DNA of 63,932 nucleotides, counting the filler, from Collodictyon triciliatum (Eukaryota): assembly GCA_043381765.1 (NCBI GenBank). It is 9 parts of 9 records of this genome, joined end to end, with 100 filler letters (N's around TTAATTAATTAA, not from the genome) between each part and the next. Parts side by side here need not be neighbours in the genome. Positions count along the whole stretch, not along the records: positions 1 to 7,996 come from JBHJMP010003635.1; positions 8,097 to 16,092 come from JBHJMP010003636.1; 7 more parts are not named here. The stretch is one strand, 5' to 3'. Every line of letters begins with the position of its first letter. Position 1 is the stretch's first letter. Shown in pieces: positions 1 through 14,100 of the stretch. The position numbers and the translations under genes were made by a program. Under the pieces are notes generated by a model. It saw only the letters and a list, made by a program, of their open reading frames with translations. It made no database searches and was not told where the DNA came from.

Positions 1-269
1 TTTTTGTTTTTTTTTTTGTTTGTTTTTTTGTTTGTTTTTTTGTTTGTTTTTTTGTTTGTTTTTTTGTTTGTTTTTTTTTTGTTTGTTTTTTGTTTGTTTT
101 TTGTTTGTTTGTTTGTTTTTGTTTTTGTTTGTTTGTTTGTTTTTTGTTTGTTTATTTTTGTTCTTTGTTTGTTTTTTTGTTTGTTTGTTCTTTGTTCTTT
201 GTTCTTTGTTCTTTGTTATTTATTATTCATTATTTATTATTTGTTCTTATAAAGCTGCTCGCGTTGTAG

Positions 270-893
270 TGTTCCAAAGAAGGGAGGGGTCTCATGCTCA
301 AGGACTTCCGTGATTTCTACCAGGAGCTGGAAAAGAAATGCTCCATCAGGTTTGCAAACTTTCGCAGGACCTCTTTTCAAATGCTGATATCTACTAAAAA
401 AAATTTTGAGGGCTTCATTTTTTGCTACGCGAATATACACATCAATCTTGATGGTGAACAATATGAACACTTCTACATTGCTCTTTTAGACCTCTTCCTG
501 AGGCGAAGTATGTGGAGGATTATATTAGGGCGTATGAGTTTACCGAAGCTGAATTCATTACACTTGTCCGTGACCATCCAGTGAGTTGAAGAAAAAAAGC
601 CAATAAAAATTTTCCAGTGTATCTTTGCTCTCCTCTTCTTGGTCGCAATAAAATGAAAATACTTTGTAAAATCAAATTGTTTTTGTTGTGTAAATTATGA
701 GAAGTGTTTTGATTTTCAAGTATAAATCTCAAATTCTATCCCTTCCAAACAGGAGTATACATCAAAACAAATGCTAGCCCTGGCGAACATCGCCGTTGGA
801 TTCAAAACCAGGAAAGGCAGAGATGATGTCAAGGAAGAAATTTCAAAAAGCTCGCCCGTAAGCATCTCCCGACGCAAGTCAACTCTGCTCTAA
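270..893 (+). CDS. VPS50: VPS50/syndetin (EARP complex subunit), last three exons, 5' partial
   Basis: Spliced exons from 270, ~490 and 753 read CSKEGRGLMLKDFRDFYQELEKKCSIRPLPEAKYVEDYIRAY...DHPEYTSKQMLAL, matching the syndetin C-terminus (CSNEGRALMQLDF...RPIP...YIKAY...EYS.KQL); stop TAA 891-893. Confidence 0.8.
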
Positions 894-1658
894 AAAATAA
901 AAAAAAGATAAAAGAAAAAGAAAAAGAAAAAACAAATCCAAAGATAGTATTAATCGCACAAATCCTTCCCTTCCGCTCTAAAAAAAAAAAATTCTGTTGG
1001 ATTCATCAGAGTTGCCAACCCAAAAAGCGCGAGAAAACAACTGAAATGTGCTGTATACCCCCTATTACTATTAAAAATATTGTTTTTGTTTTTTGTTTTT
1101 GTTTTTGTTAAATTCCTAAAGCGATTGAAAGAAGCCGATTCCAGCCCTTTCCAGAAGTGTTTCACCCGTTTGCCCATTTTTAGATTGATCCAATATCATA
1201 ATTCATTCTTCGAATACTAAAGTGGTTTACCCTGCCATCAAATCTCACCAAAACACAGTTATGTCCCCTGCATCAAACAAATCCTTTTTTTTTTCTTAAT
1301 TTTTTAATATTTTTTTTTGCAGCCAACCATCCCTGGGTGTGTGTTTACACGATCCTTGAAATCTAACGCAGCAACAAAGGCCTGCAATAAGATCGGCTCT
1401 GTGAACTTGCGACTTTGTGACAACGGGAGGCTGTTTTGTGGTTGTTTTGTATTTTTTGAGTTTTTTGACTCTGTTACGCTCTTTTTGCAAAAAAAAATAA
1501 AATAAAATGAAATATTAAAAGAATGAAGAAAAAAATAATGTTGGGGCTGAATGCATGTAGAACTCTGTCTCGCGCCAAGGTAGAGCGGGGAATCATCCGG
1601 GTCTTTGTATTTATCACTCTCTCGATTACCGTCTATTTAGAGCCCTGCCCATAAAACA

Positions 1659-4600
1659 AGTAAGCATCTTTGTTTGGATCAATATCTTTTCTTTCGAAAT
1701 GACAAAAGCGCTGCATTATTGTAACCTAAGACAAACCCATTCTTTACAAATGCATTTCTGATTTTTCATGGTATATAGTGGCCGAGGCTGTGCGAGTTGC
1801 TGTGCGAGTACGTCCGTTCAATCAAAGGTTTAACTTTGCTTTTAATTTATGATTTGAGACGCTCATTATTGATGTCTATATTTAAAAAAAGAAAAAGAAA
1901 AAGTTACTTTTTCTTCTGTTGCGCTATTTCAGATTTACTTTATTTTTTTGTTGCGTTATTTCAGTATTCTTTATTTATTTTTTGTTTCTCGTGTCTCTGC
2001 ATAACGCCCTTGATTTCATCAGGGAGAAGGACAGAAACGCAAAGCTAGTTATCCGCATGGATGGAAACATGACCACTATCATCAATCCAGAAACAGGTTT
2101 TCATGAAACATTTATGAGCATTTCTCGCCATAATATCGAAATCCACAATAGCAGCATTTTTTTAATGATTTTTATCTTATCATTCCGAATAGAGGAAGAA
2201 AAGAGCTTTACATACGATTTTTCATATTGGTCTCACGATGGATTCTCAGAAGAAGACGGTACGTCATATTTCATCATTGTACGACACTGTCGCTTCATCT
2301 GGATAGTATGACGGTCAGAACCATTCACAAGATCTGCATCATGCATTATTTGCTCATTATTACAAGCAGGTATATTGGTACCAGCAGGTGGTCGCTATGC
2401 TGATCAGAATATTGTATTCAATGATTTGGGTCGTGACGTGCTAGACAATGCATTCAAAGGTATATTGCCCGTCGTGTATGCCGAATTCTGCTACAACATT
2501 GCATCTAATATGATTGTTCGTACTGTACGCACTATCCTTCCTCTCAGAACATCAGCTTGTCTTAAACGCAAATACATTCCACAGGTTTCAACTGCAGTTT
2601 GTTTGCATATGGCCAAACAGGGTCTGGAAAGAGCTACTCGATGGTATCTATTTGCATAATTACCAGAAAAATGACATATTAGACCATATAAAAGACATAC
2701 GTGTTACAATCCTATTTCAAGGACTTTGTGGATGGAATATATGAGTGAGGTCCGTATGCCTATTTCTCAATCTCCATACTCCTCGACGCAAGGTTGGATA
2801 TGGCGCCAACAAGGGCATAGTGCCCATCTCTTGCGAGGAGATTTTCAAGTATATCGACCAGAATACAGACCCCCGAAAGGTTTTTTTTTCTCTCCTATTT
2901 ATCGTAATCTTTATTTCCTGTAAAATATTTGCTGGATGAATATCCGCATTAGGTTTAGTCATATTCTGATTTAGATAAATAATAATGCAAATTAGGAATT
3001 TCGAGTGACCTTCTCCATGTTGGAAATATACAACGAGCAAGTAAGGGATTTACTTAGCCGTGATAACCCAAAAGGAGGTCTCAAAGTGAGAAACATTCCA
3101 AAATTGGGTGTCCAAGTTGTTGGTCTGTCAGAAGTTCCTGTGGTCTCTTATGAAGACATCGAACTGAAGATGGAAGAAGGCACATCGAGCAGGTGGTTAG
3201 CCTCTACAGCCAAAGCATATACTCGTGCATTACTCTCTTTTTTTTATGTTTAATTTTCTTTTTTGGTTACTTAACCTGTGAATTCGAGCTTTAATTTCTC
3301 CTCCTGATATATTTGCAAAAAATAATAGAACTATTGCAGCCACAAATATGAATGCAACAAGTTCCAGAGCACACACCGTAGTTGCAATCCAATTTACTCA
3401 AGTGGAGAAAGATGCCAGAGGACCTGGAAAGGATAGAGAAATCACCAGCAAAATCAACCTTGTTTGTTATTCTCATCTATGCCATCTTACACTATCTTTT
3501 ACCGATCATTATTGGTTGTTTTCAAGTAATGGTTTAAATCTTTCACTTTCCTGAATTCCTTGTCTAAATTAAATTAAATTTATATAAAAAGGTTGATTTG
3601 GCTGGAAGTGAGAGGGCAGATAGTACTGGTGCAACTGGCGATAGGCTGAAGGAGGGTTCTATGATTAATCTTAGTTTGACGATGCTGGGAAATGTGATTA
3701 CAGCTCTGGCAGAAAAGTCCACATATCCCCACAAGAAAATCCTAGTTCCCTACCGCGACTCGAAACTCACTCAGATTCTTCAAGATGCTCTTGGAGGAAA
3801 CAGGTATACTTTTGTGGGACCCTTCCTTCTACTCGTATTGACTGCTACAATGCCGGTGATGAACCAACTGTTTGCTTGCCAGAACCTCTACATTTATTTT
3901 TAGAGAAAATTAATTATGTAATAATGACTGATATGCATCCTGTTTTCTCTCAGTAAAACAATCATGATTGCAGCCTTGTCTCCTGCGGATATCAATTATG
4001 ACGAAACTCTTTCCACACTTCGGTTAGCCATATCACAACAATATTCCTTTCCTTTTTCCCAAAAAAAAAATCATTCGGCGATGTATTCTAGCATTTTATT
4101 GTTCATTTGGGAAGAGAGCGCTAGAAAAATAAATTATGAAATATAGATATGCCGACCGAGCAAAGAAAATCAAAAATAAAGCTGTTGTGAACGTAGACCC
4201 AAAAGATCTGCTCATCCTTAATCTCCAGTATACTAAGCATTCACTCTTGCTCCTCATGGTGATACATGTGGTATGAAATCATTATGAATGCAATCACTCA
4301 ATCCGCACCATCACACTTTCAGGGAAGATAATAAGAGGTTATTGGACCAGCTTGAGCAACTGAAGTCTATGATGGGCATTGGCTCTTCTGTTCCACCGCC
4401 GCCTATCAGCGATGAAGGTTCGTAATCAAGGCGCCCCCTCAACTCATTAATATTAAGGAAATATGAATTGCAAACGTATTCTGAATAAATATGTTTATCC
4501 ATTTTCCCTAAATCTTGATATATCACACAGAAAAAACAAAAATGAGGACGAAAATGGAACAGATGGCAGAAGAACTCAGAGAGAACCAGAAAATGGTCGA

Positions 4601-7600
4601 GGAGCAAAATAAAACTTGGAATGAAAAGCTCAGGGAGGCAAACGAGAAAGCCAAGATACTGGAATTACAGGTGCGATTTTATTCATCATGTTGAAATCTC
4701 TTGCACAAAAGCATTTTAAGCATATTTGTAAAATACATGTGTTCTCGTCCGATTCAATACATAGTACCATCAAAACCATCAGACTGGGCTATTGGTTCCT
4801 GGGCATCATCCGCCAACCAGCCGACCCAGCTCTCAGTTACAAAGTGCTGGAACAGATTCGCCTGAGTCAGACGAAGCCACTTCTCTTCAAGTTTTAGAAT
4901 CACAACAACCACGCCCGCAAGAAACGAAAGCTCTAGCAGAGCAAAGTCACCGACAATCTCCACAATCTGTCATTGCAAACTCGCCAGTGCCTGTCTCATC
5001 TGCTCAACCCCAACCACATCAACAACCAGCTGTCCCTTCTAATCCACAAGCTACAAACCATGCAAATACAAAGACTATTGCACCAGCACCGCCACAAAAG
5101 AGAGTAGTGCGACAAGACCCACGCAAGAAATTCGCTCACCTTCGAAATGTCAACGAGGACCCCATGCTTTCCAATAAGGTTGTGTGGCTTCTCGATAAAA
5201 AGACTGTTACGATAGGTCGGAAAGAGACCATTCCAGAACCACATATATCATTGGCTGGGCTCAAGTGAGTGATAAATATCCCCTCTGGGTTCATCATCTT
5301 TTGTTTTGTTCGTTTTTGTTTGTTTGTTTGTTTGTTTGTTTGTTTGTTTGTTTGTTTGTTTGTTTGATATCGTTTCATATCGGTGGATAATTTGATGATA
5401 TTCCTATCCTCTTTTTAATCAATATTTTTTTTAAAAAAAAAACCAGTATCATGAAAGAACACGCCATCATTCGTCAAAACAAATCCAACGAATTTTTCAT
5501 CGCAGCGATGGTAGCGTAAAAGACACTATCAACTATCGCAACGACTACTAAGTTAAAAAAAAACGCCCTATTACTACGAAGCGCATTTTTTGAAAAAATT
5601 TTTAACTTAATTGATATAGGAAGGAGCACGTGTGCTGTTAAATGGAAAGCCTCTATCCACAGGAAAAAAGCATATCCTACATTCAAATGACAGACTCCTA
5701 TTTGGTGCGAATCATTTGTACATATTCATCAACCCAACAGAGGGAATCAAAGAAAAAATATGCGACTGGGACATGGCACAGGAAGAAATTGCCAAAGAAC
5801 AGGTTTGTCCCTGCCATGGTTTGTAAACCCTCTCTTTCATGCTACCTTTGGTTACCTTATTATTGACGATTTGGTATGTAGGGATTTGATTTGTCTCGAG
5901 ACCAACTCCACAATGAAGTCTTAGAAATCTTGCCTTTGATATATGAGGCAAATACTATGTCCAAGGATTTGAATAAAGGAATGATTTTTGAAATCAAGAT
6001 AATGTCCAGTCTGGAGCATGGCAAAGTGCAGGTTTGTAGCTATCATATTTTATACGAATGAGAGAAAATAACCACACACAAAAATAGCCACCCAATACAT
6101 AAGTAATCATTATTCATGTAATAAAATTGAAACTCCTACGTCATAGGCCGAACTGTACGTACAAATGACGAATCAGAGAACCTCAATCGTTTGGATATGG
6201 CCGAAGGATAAATTCATTAACCGTGTCTATCTAATGCGTGAAATATACCAGAGATTCGTAGAATGCGAGGACTATGACGTCCCACGAGAAAAGGACCCGT
6301 ACTGGGACCCCATCGAGCCGATACCTATTGGTTTTGCCAATGCATTCCTCTCGCCGTTGGCGTATCTTATCGAGTATAACAATATGATCGAAGTCAAGGA
6401 TTTTAAGGTATCCCGAGTTTCAATGCCAGCCCTCTTATTTGAGGGGGAAAAAATCATTCATGGTTGATTTTTAACTTGAAACAGATTATCAGCTGTAACT
6501 CAATAGCTGGTTTTCATATTAGGGAGAAGTGATAGGTATTCTTCATTTACAAATCTTTCCATTGGTTCCCAAAGGAGCGACCCCTGACGAAAATCTGGAC
6601 TTGATGATAGAAGACCCCAGGCATTACTTTAAAATAACACTTTGTCCTTGAGATACCTTTTTAATAGAAAAAAAAGCTGGATACTTTTCAGGATATATCG
6701 AGGCTATACTGACAAAGCTCTTTTTGTACTCTCTTATTGTTATTATTATTGTTATTATTATTGTTATTATTATTGTTATTATTATTGTTATTATTATTGT
6801 TATTATTATTGTTATTATTATTGTTATTATTATTGTTATTGTAAATTTTCAGTGAGCTTCTTTCTAGAAAAGTGGATTTGATGCTGAAAATTCCTTTTGG
6901 ACGTAATCTCCCTGGGAGGTTTTCTCGTGGTGTAAGATTTTTGCAATATTACGTTTTGCTTATTTTATCCAACACAAATGCGCTGCGGAATAATATATGC
7001 ATACTTAATACAACTAATCCCACCTTTCGTTTTACAGATTCAGTGTAAGTATAAATTCTACAAGAACACCCAAGAATCGACTGGCGTGATTTCCGGTCCT
7101 CATCCCGAATTTGCTTATGAAAAGCTTATATCATTCAAGAAAATAACTGGGGATGTACTGAATTACTTCAGAGATGGGATGCTACATATCAGTGTTTGGG
7201 GACTGCAATCAGAACCCAAGTCTACACCGCCTCCATATCCAAAAATATCTCGCGAGACGGGTAACTCTAGTCTCACCTTTTCCGGTGCTGGTTCTGTAGT
7301 AAACAAACTTGAAGGGCTCCGTAACCATGCTGTCAGCAAAGTGCAAAAGGGTCTGGGAATGATTCGCGACGCGATTGAAGACACAGACCTCTTTGATGGT
7401 CACCATTTGCCTCCAGCCTTGAAGATGAAGGGACTCAAAACTAAGCTTGACTTTGTCAGCACTGGCTCTCACCGTAACGAATCCGACCACGATGAGCCGC
7501 CCGGGGTGTTGGCGGGAAAGAAGGAGCCCAAGTCTGAAAAAAATGCACAATATCGTTCCATAAGCGTCGATCGAGGGCGTGACCTTACATCGCACATCCA

Positions 7601-7827
7601 GAATGGTCGGGCTCTATATGGGGCCGCAGCAGAGGCACCTCGTGAAGACCACGTGATTCCCCATATCGCTTCCAACACTAGCCATTCTGGTGGAGGAGAT
7701 GAACAAGAGAAGGACAAAGACAAACTGAAGAAACAGGTTCGGTTTCTCAAGACAGAGGTCTCTTCGCTCCAGCAATCACTCCACACAATGACTGTCCAAC
7801 ATGGTCGAGAAATTGACACATTGAAAC
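1659..7827 (+). CDS. Kinesin-3 (KIF28/KIF1/KIF13-like): N-terminal motor, FHA, KIF-associated and C2-like domains; multi-exon, 3' partial at contig end
   Basis: Exons give [25 protein letters not shown] (P-loop), [22 protein letters not shown] (switch I), VDLAGSER (switch II), [12 protein letters not shown] region [12 protein letters not shown]...TIGR...LNGK...DRLLFGANH. Confidence 0.92.
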
Positions 7828-7996
7828 GTACGAGTATTGATTTTCTCTCTTCCTCTATCTCTTTTTTACATTTTATATTGTTATTCTTTTATTCTTTTAT
7901 TCTTTTATTCTTTTATTCTTTTATTCTTTTATTCTTTTATTCTTTTATTCTTTTATTCTTTTATTCTTTTATTCTTTTATTCTTTTATTCTTTTAT

Positions 7997-8096
7997 NNNN
8001 NNNNNNNNNNNNNNNNNNNNNNNNNNNNNNNNNNNNNNNNTTAATTAATTAANNNNNNNNNNNNNNNNNNNNNNNNNNNNNNNNNNNNNNNNNNNN
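7997..8096. other. Artificial contig linker N44-TTAATTAATTAA-N44 (also 16093-16192, 24186-24285, 32280-32379, 40369-40468, 48457-48556, 56542-56641, 62783-62882)
   Basis: Identical six-frame-stop spacer embedded in N runs. Confidence 0.98.
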
Positions 8097-8186
<90 letters not shown>

Positions 8187-8263
8187 CCGCATGACTGGAA
8201 CTGACCATTAGCATATGCGGTAAAATTTTCCTTTATTAAAAAAAAAAACATTCATGCACGTAG

Positions 8264-9974
8264 GTCAAGGTGGAAGAAAAAAGAGAGAGTAAATGGAAAA
8301 CAGCAACAATACAGGAATTTAGAAGCTTTTTAAAAGGTTTTTTTTTGTTTTTTTACTGTCAATTCTCTCAGTTATAAGAGAGGGATAGAGAGAGGCGGGG
8401 GTTATATATAAAGAAGTGATAAATAAAATAAATATGAGTGTATACACCCCCTGCAATTACAGTTTTGTGATAGTAATGAATTTTATTTCTTGTTGCAGAT
8501 CTAGACAAATACCATACATCAGTTATGTCTGTGTGGTCATTAAAGAAGTTGTTGAATCAAATATATGAGGAACGAATTCGCCTTGCTAAAGTAGATCACA
8601 ATATCCTCCATGTAAACGCTGCGCAATTCTCGTACAATTACGTTTTCCATAGGTACGGGCTCCGCTCTCTCGCACTGCGGGTAAGTTTCGTTTACGTATG
8701 TGGAATCGATATATTACCCAACCCAAGAGAATATCTGTTGATGATTGAGATTCCAGAATCTACGAAATCTACTGGCGAATGTCGACCGCCTGCGAACAAA
8801 GGATGAGGCTGTTTATCTATACTCGCGTTTGACCGGAATGGAAGACCCTATTCCAATTGACGGCTTCAATGCATTAATGTATACTACCCTTCTCTCCAAA
8901 CTTTACTAAAATTACGCTGTTTCAAAGTTCATTTTGTAAACTTGTATCTATGCACGGCGCATAGATCGTTCTATACACTCCTGCAGCAGAATTTATTGAT
9001 TCCGTCTCTTATATTGATTCAACGAGATAATTACACCTTGCCAATTTCAAGAGTTCAGGCCATGGTTTTGACCATCTATCCAAATAGTTTTTCGTATTTT
9101 ATTTATTTATTTATTTATGTATTATCGGCTGAATAAATAAATAAATAAAAAAAAAAAGATACTTACGTTGTAACATGAAGTCGATTTTAAATGTTCAGGT
9201 ATGACTGGATTGTGTTAACTAAATCTCTTTATGATGCACATTTAGATCAACTCATTAGCCAGCCAAGGAACCGGGGGTATGAGTGAAAAAGTTTTGCTCG
9301 TATTTTTTAACCAAGAGAACGGACTCCTGATACGTCTGCGTCGGGAAATAGAAGAGGAAGAGCACGTGGATGACCCACGGTGTGCCATGTCCCCGCCATT
9401 CCTCTTTATCCTTCACTCAAATAGCATTCATTGTAAAATACTCACTATCACATAGAGACATCCCTGCTCAACAATTACGCATGAGAAGGCTTATCTCGGT
9501 GTATATTGCTCACATCTCTCCATCCCTCCCACCAGAATCACCGTGGCCGTGGCGCGCATAACACTGGACCGGCTATGTACGCTCTTCCTGGCCGAGTACG
9601 TCCGTGTGGCGAACCAGCGTCCGCCTTCGTCTCCCAACTTGAACAGCACCCTCACCGAACAGTCTAGTGAGCCGAATACAAGCATCCAAGCGGCACAGCC
9701 GCCGCAGGACATACCCATCCAGTCTCCCACGCATTCGCCCCAGCAGCGGCCGCAGTCGCAACTGCAGTCTCTCCACGCCCCTCAAGAAACTCAGCAACCC
9801 ATCCCGCCATTGTTACCGCAATCATCCGGCCTGTTGCTCCAAACGCAGCCCTTTCTTAGTCTGCCAATCATGCACCAGACTTATCAGCATCGCCCCTCAA
9901 CACCCCAAACCCTTGCTTATTCAAAGAACTCGTTCTTTTCCTTTGGTGGGGGCGCTGCAAGTACCCCGAAATAG
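8264..9974 (+). CDS. Unknown multi-exon protein, 5' partial, helical domain plus Q/P-rich tail
   Basis: Phase-compatible GT-AG exons (VKVEEKRESKW..., SLKKLLNQIYEERI...RYGLRSLA, NLRNLLANV...) and terminal ORF 9543-9974; family not identified. Confidence 0.5.
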
Positions 9975-11063
9975 CGTTGCTTCATAGGCACAAATATCTA
10001 TTCAAGGCGGCGGCGAGAACTGGGCTCTTGCCTCCCCCAGGAAAAAAAAAACCAGCTTACTTTTGCTCTTAGTTCTTTCCTTTGTTCACATCTATTTCCA
10101 TATGAAGATACATAAAAAGAATTGCACAAACAAGAAATGAATATGTAGATGCTTTCATAGAGGTATACAGGAGCAAAGGAGTTATAAAAAGACAAATATG
10201 AAAGCCGGGCTTTTGTGAGGTGAAGGCCATAATATTCTTCCTTTTGATTCTTTTTTTCTCTCCCAGATATATCTCCAGAACAAAAAACGGTGAATTTATA
10301 AGTGTACAGACAAGACGGATGGGTTGTATGCAAACCAGTGATGGCGTAAAGGAGCTTTGAGAAAGATAAGAGGTGAGCGGGACATGGGAAGCACACACAC
10401 TCGTGGATGGAATAATGAATATAACTTTGTTTTGGTCGAGTTGTGTAAGATATTAGAGGACAGGCGATGAATTGCGTAAATTACGATTATATGCGTGATG
10501 AAGCGGAATGAATTGGCACAGCTAGGCTTCATAATCCCCGTTGAAAAACATGTCTCTATTGAGATGTGATAAATAAACGGAGTGAAAATGGTTCTCTTTG
10601 TGGAAGGTTCTCTTAATTGCTTAGTCCATGAATGAAATAATTCTACTTGACGAGTATCTTCTATTATCATTATTATTTTATCAGCGATGATACAAATCGT
10701 AAAATATGTACACTTTTTCATTTTTCTTGTAGACTTACGTGTTGTCCAAAAGTGCATCGCCAAACAAGGATTCTAATCCCTCTTGCTTCTCCTGTGGTCA
10801 ATAGGATTTATTGGTTTATTAAAATGCTGTCGTTTGGTGCCCATTCCAGACAGACAAAACATAATCTGAGTCGCTCGATGAAGAGTGAATGAGGGAAATA
10901 GGTAATGACCAGAAGTATAAATGTATTCTACACATGTTTCACTCACCCCTTCGCTGAGAAAGGGAATATTGACTGCGTTATGTGGCTGTTCATCTTTGTT
11001 GGTGGGATATTTACATTCAAAATATTGGTTTGTATTCAATTTAACACCACGCAACACAACAAT

Positions 11064-11095
<32 letters not shown>

Positions 11096-11195
11096 CAGCC
11101 CAATTCTGTACGATTGAGGTATACAAGTAAGTATCAACCTGCTCTTGCTTGACTTTGATTCGTATTGGCATGAGCAGTCGCATTCAAGCTTGTGG

Positions 11196-14100
11196 TCACG
11201 TTTGCATTGTAAATATCTTGGATTCTTGATGTTGGGGTAGGGAGGCGTGCCGGTCCACGCTCAGAATTGGGAGTATCTGCCTGCCTGCGCTTTCGGTCTC
11301 TGTGTGTGCAATAATACGGAAAAGAATCGAGCAGTCAGAGCGAATATGCAAGACGAGCGAGTTGAAGGATGTTTGGCGCCTTTTCCCTCCGGTATTTCTA
11401 ATATATATATAAAACATATGATGACTGACCCAGGCTTGGGAACTGAACTCTTTGGGTCTATAGGTCGCCTCCCAGGTCTCCTTCCTAAGCCATTTACCAA
11501 ATTCGAGGTATCAGTCAATATATAAAAAGAAGCTTGTGGTAGACCTCCAAGATACTGTTTACTTGCTCCTTATCGTAAATTTTATGCATTTTTGATAGGA
11601 AAGATATTGAACGTGCAAAACCTGTGGGAGAAGGGTCTACGTTGATGAACCCCTGATGGTTGGAGGGGTCATTTGGAGATGCAACAACATGTGGGAGATG
11701 TGCTTGGGGTCTTTCAACATCGACCAGTGGCGAGTATTCCTCGCTTCGAGGGGTTCCTTCCGAAGTCTTTTGTGAGAATTTGCTGTTCTGTGACTGTTGA
11801 GGATGAGCGCATTCGATTAGATTCTCATTGGGGTCTTAAACTCACGCTTTTGTACATAGCAAAAATTACTTACATTACCATCGGTCATAATTAAATGATA
11901 AACGATATTCAATAGATTGGATTCGCGGATAACTCTGCTGATTTATAAATCATGCGCGAAATAATATACATTATTCTGGAGTAAAAATCACATGGAAGAC
12001 GTGGTTCCCACTCCATACAGGTTGTAGGCGTATTGCTGGCGGTGCCGTGTTGAGTTGCTCGTCCTGCCTAGTGCTTTGGATAGATGTTCCGCCTTGTAAT
12101 CCGAGATTAATTTGGTGCTGTGCGATGATTGCTTGCAGCTGGGATGAATCCTGTGCTGGTGGGTTGCCCTGGTTGCTGAGAGCATTCGGTATCGCTGTAT
12201 TCAACATATGGAAGCCAAGCAACTCTCGACCGAGTTGTACCTGCTGATGATTTCCTATTTGTATCCTCGTGTGCTCCTCCTCGCCAGGGTGATATTGCGG
12301 TTCGGCACCATCCTCTTGTATTTGTTGTTGCACTTGGACTTGTGCTTGAACCAGGTTGTGTGCCTGGATTTGTGCTTGTATTTGAGCATGTAATTGGGTC
12401 TGGGCTTGCGCTTGATTTAGGGCTTGGATTTGTGCTTGGATTTGTGCTTGGATTTGTGCTTGGATTTGTGCTTGTGCTTGTGCTTGTGCTTGTGCTTGTG
12501 CTTGTGCTTGTGCTTGAGAATGAGAATGAGCCTGTGATTGAGAATGGGCCTGAGCTTGCACATGTGCTTGCATTTGTAGTTGGTGATATTGTTGGAGTTG
12601 CTGTAGTTGCTGCTTGTGCAAGTGATGATTTTGAGCATTCCCGTGATTTTGTAATTGCTGAGGACTTTCTGGTTGGTCAGTGCCTTGCGGTTGCAACTGT
12701 CGCCGTTGCATTTGATTCAGCAAGTGAGCATGCAGTTGGGCTTGATAATGTGCTTGAAGTTGAACCTGAGCCTGAGCCTGGGCCTGAGCCTGAGCCTGTG
12801 CTTGTGCTTGTGCTTGTGCTTGTACTTGTACTTGTACTTGTGCTTGTGCTTGTGCTTGTGCTTGTGCTTGTGCTTGTGCTTGTGCTTGTGCTTGTGCTTG
12901 TGCTTCAACCTGGGGTTGAGTTTGGGTTCGTGTATTTGAAAGTTGGTCATGTTGAATTTCTTGATGGGGTTGACTGTTGAATTGATGTTGTCTGAGCATG
13001 TGCGCTTGGATTATTGCTTGTGTCTGACTTTGAGTAAAGGAATACGGCTCTGTGTGTGTTTGCATTTGCGATATTAGTTGAGCCTGGGGTTGGGGTTGGG
13101 GTTGAGGTTGAGACTGTATTTCAGTATTCAATTGGTATTGAGATTGAGATTGAGATTGAGATTGAGATTGAGATTGAGATTGAGATTGAGATTGAGATTG
13201 AGATTGAGATTGAGATTGAGATTGAGATTGAGATTGAGATTGAAGTTGGCGTTGAGGTTGCGACTCTGCGTTCGGTTGGGGCTGTGCTTGAATCTGGATG
13301 TAAAGCTGAGGTTGGTTCTGTGATTGGGGTTGGGGTTGTGTTTGCACTTGTTGCAATTGGTATAGTTGTTGAAGTTGCTGTAGTTGTTGAATGTTCGGGG
13401 ATTGCTGATTACGACTGGCTTGGCTTGCCATGAGTTGCTGAATCATCTTTTGAATATGCGATTGCTAGGTGATAAGCAAGATTAGTTTGTTTGTTTTTTA
13501 TGATTAAATATTGATTTATTTCTTTTCATGACAGATTATAAGATACAAATGGAGGAAAGTGACTGACATTGACCAAAACTTGCAGCGACGGTTGGTTTGT
13601 GGTACCTGGTATTTTTTGTTTGAGCATTATTTTTCTCATAAAAAGTGAAAGAAGGTGTGATATATTTCAATCTGTCTGGTATCTAAACATTCAACTTAGC
13701 ATGAAACGGCTATCGCCTTTTGGATTTTTTTATCAAGTAAAAATAAAAAGATGCCTAATTGTTAATTGAATGAAAAAAAATAGAGAGAAAAAAAAAAGAT
13801 GGGGTGAATAAATTTCATACCTGGACTTGCATTAGCAGACATTAAGGCCTGTTGAATTTGCTGGTCATTTACAGGCAGTGGAGGAATCTGAGGACATTAT
13901 TTAAATAAATTTCAAGTTGTACTTTATCGAAAATATACTAAATGAATTACATTTGAAGGGAAAAAAGAAGTCAGAACTCACAGCGACCACGTGTTGTGGT
14001 TGTATAGCGCTCTCTGTCTTTCCTTGATTTGCAGCCTGTTGTGCCTATTATTCAAAAAAATTGTAATAAATCTATATGTCCTCTATCATTAAGCTAAATA

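Noticed and set aside
4-313. Low-complexity ORFs (FLFV, RERE, KERK, HTHT, LLLL, NNNN, WFGLV) here and elsewhere
   Set aside because: Translations of microsatellites in introns or at contig ends
8041-8052. Recurrent TTAATTAATTAA motif about every 8.09 kb
   Set aside because: Artificial six-frame-stop linker within N runs
7828-9974. Kinesin continuing into the exons at 8264-9974
   Set aside because: Separated by a linker between size-sorted, probably unrelated contigs
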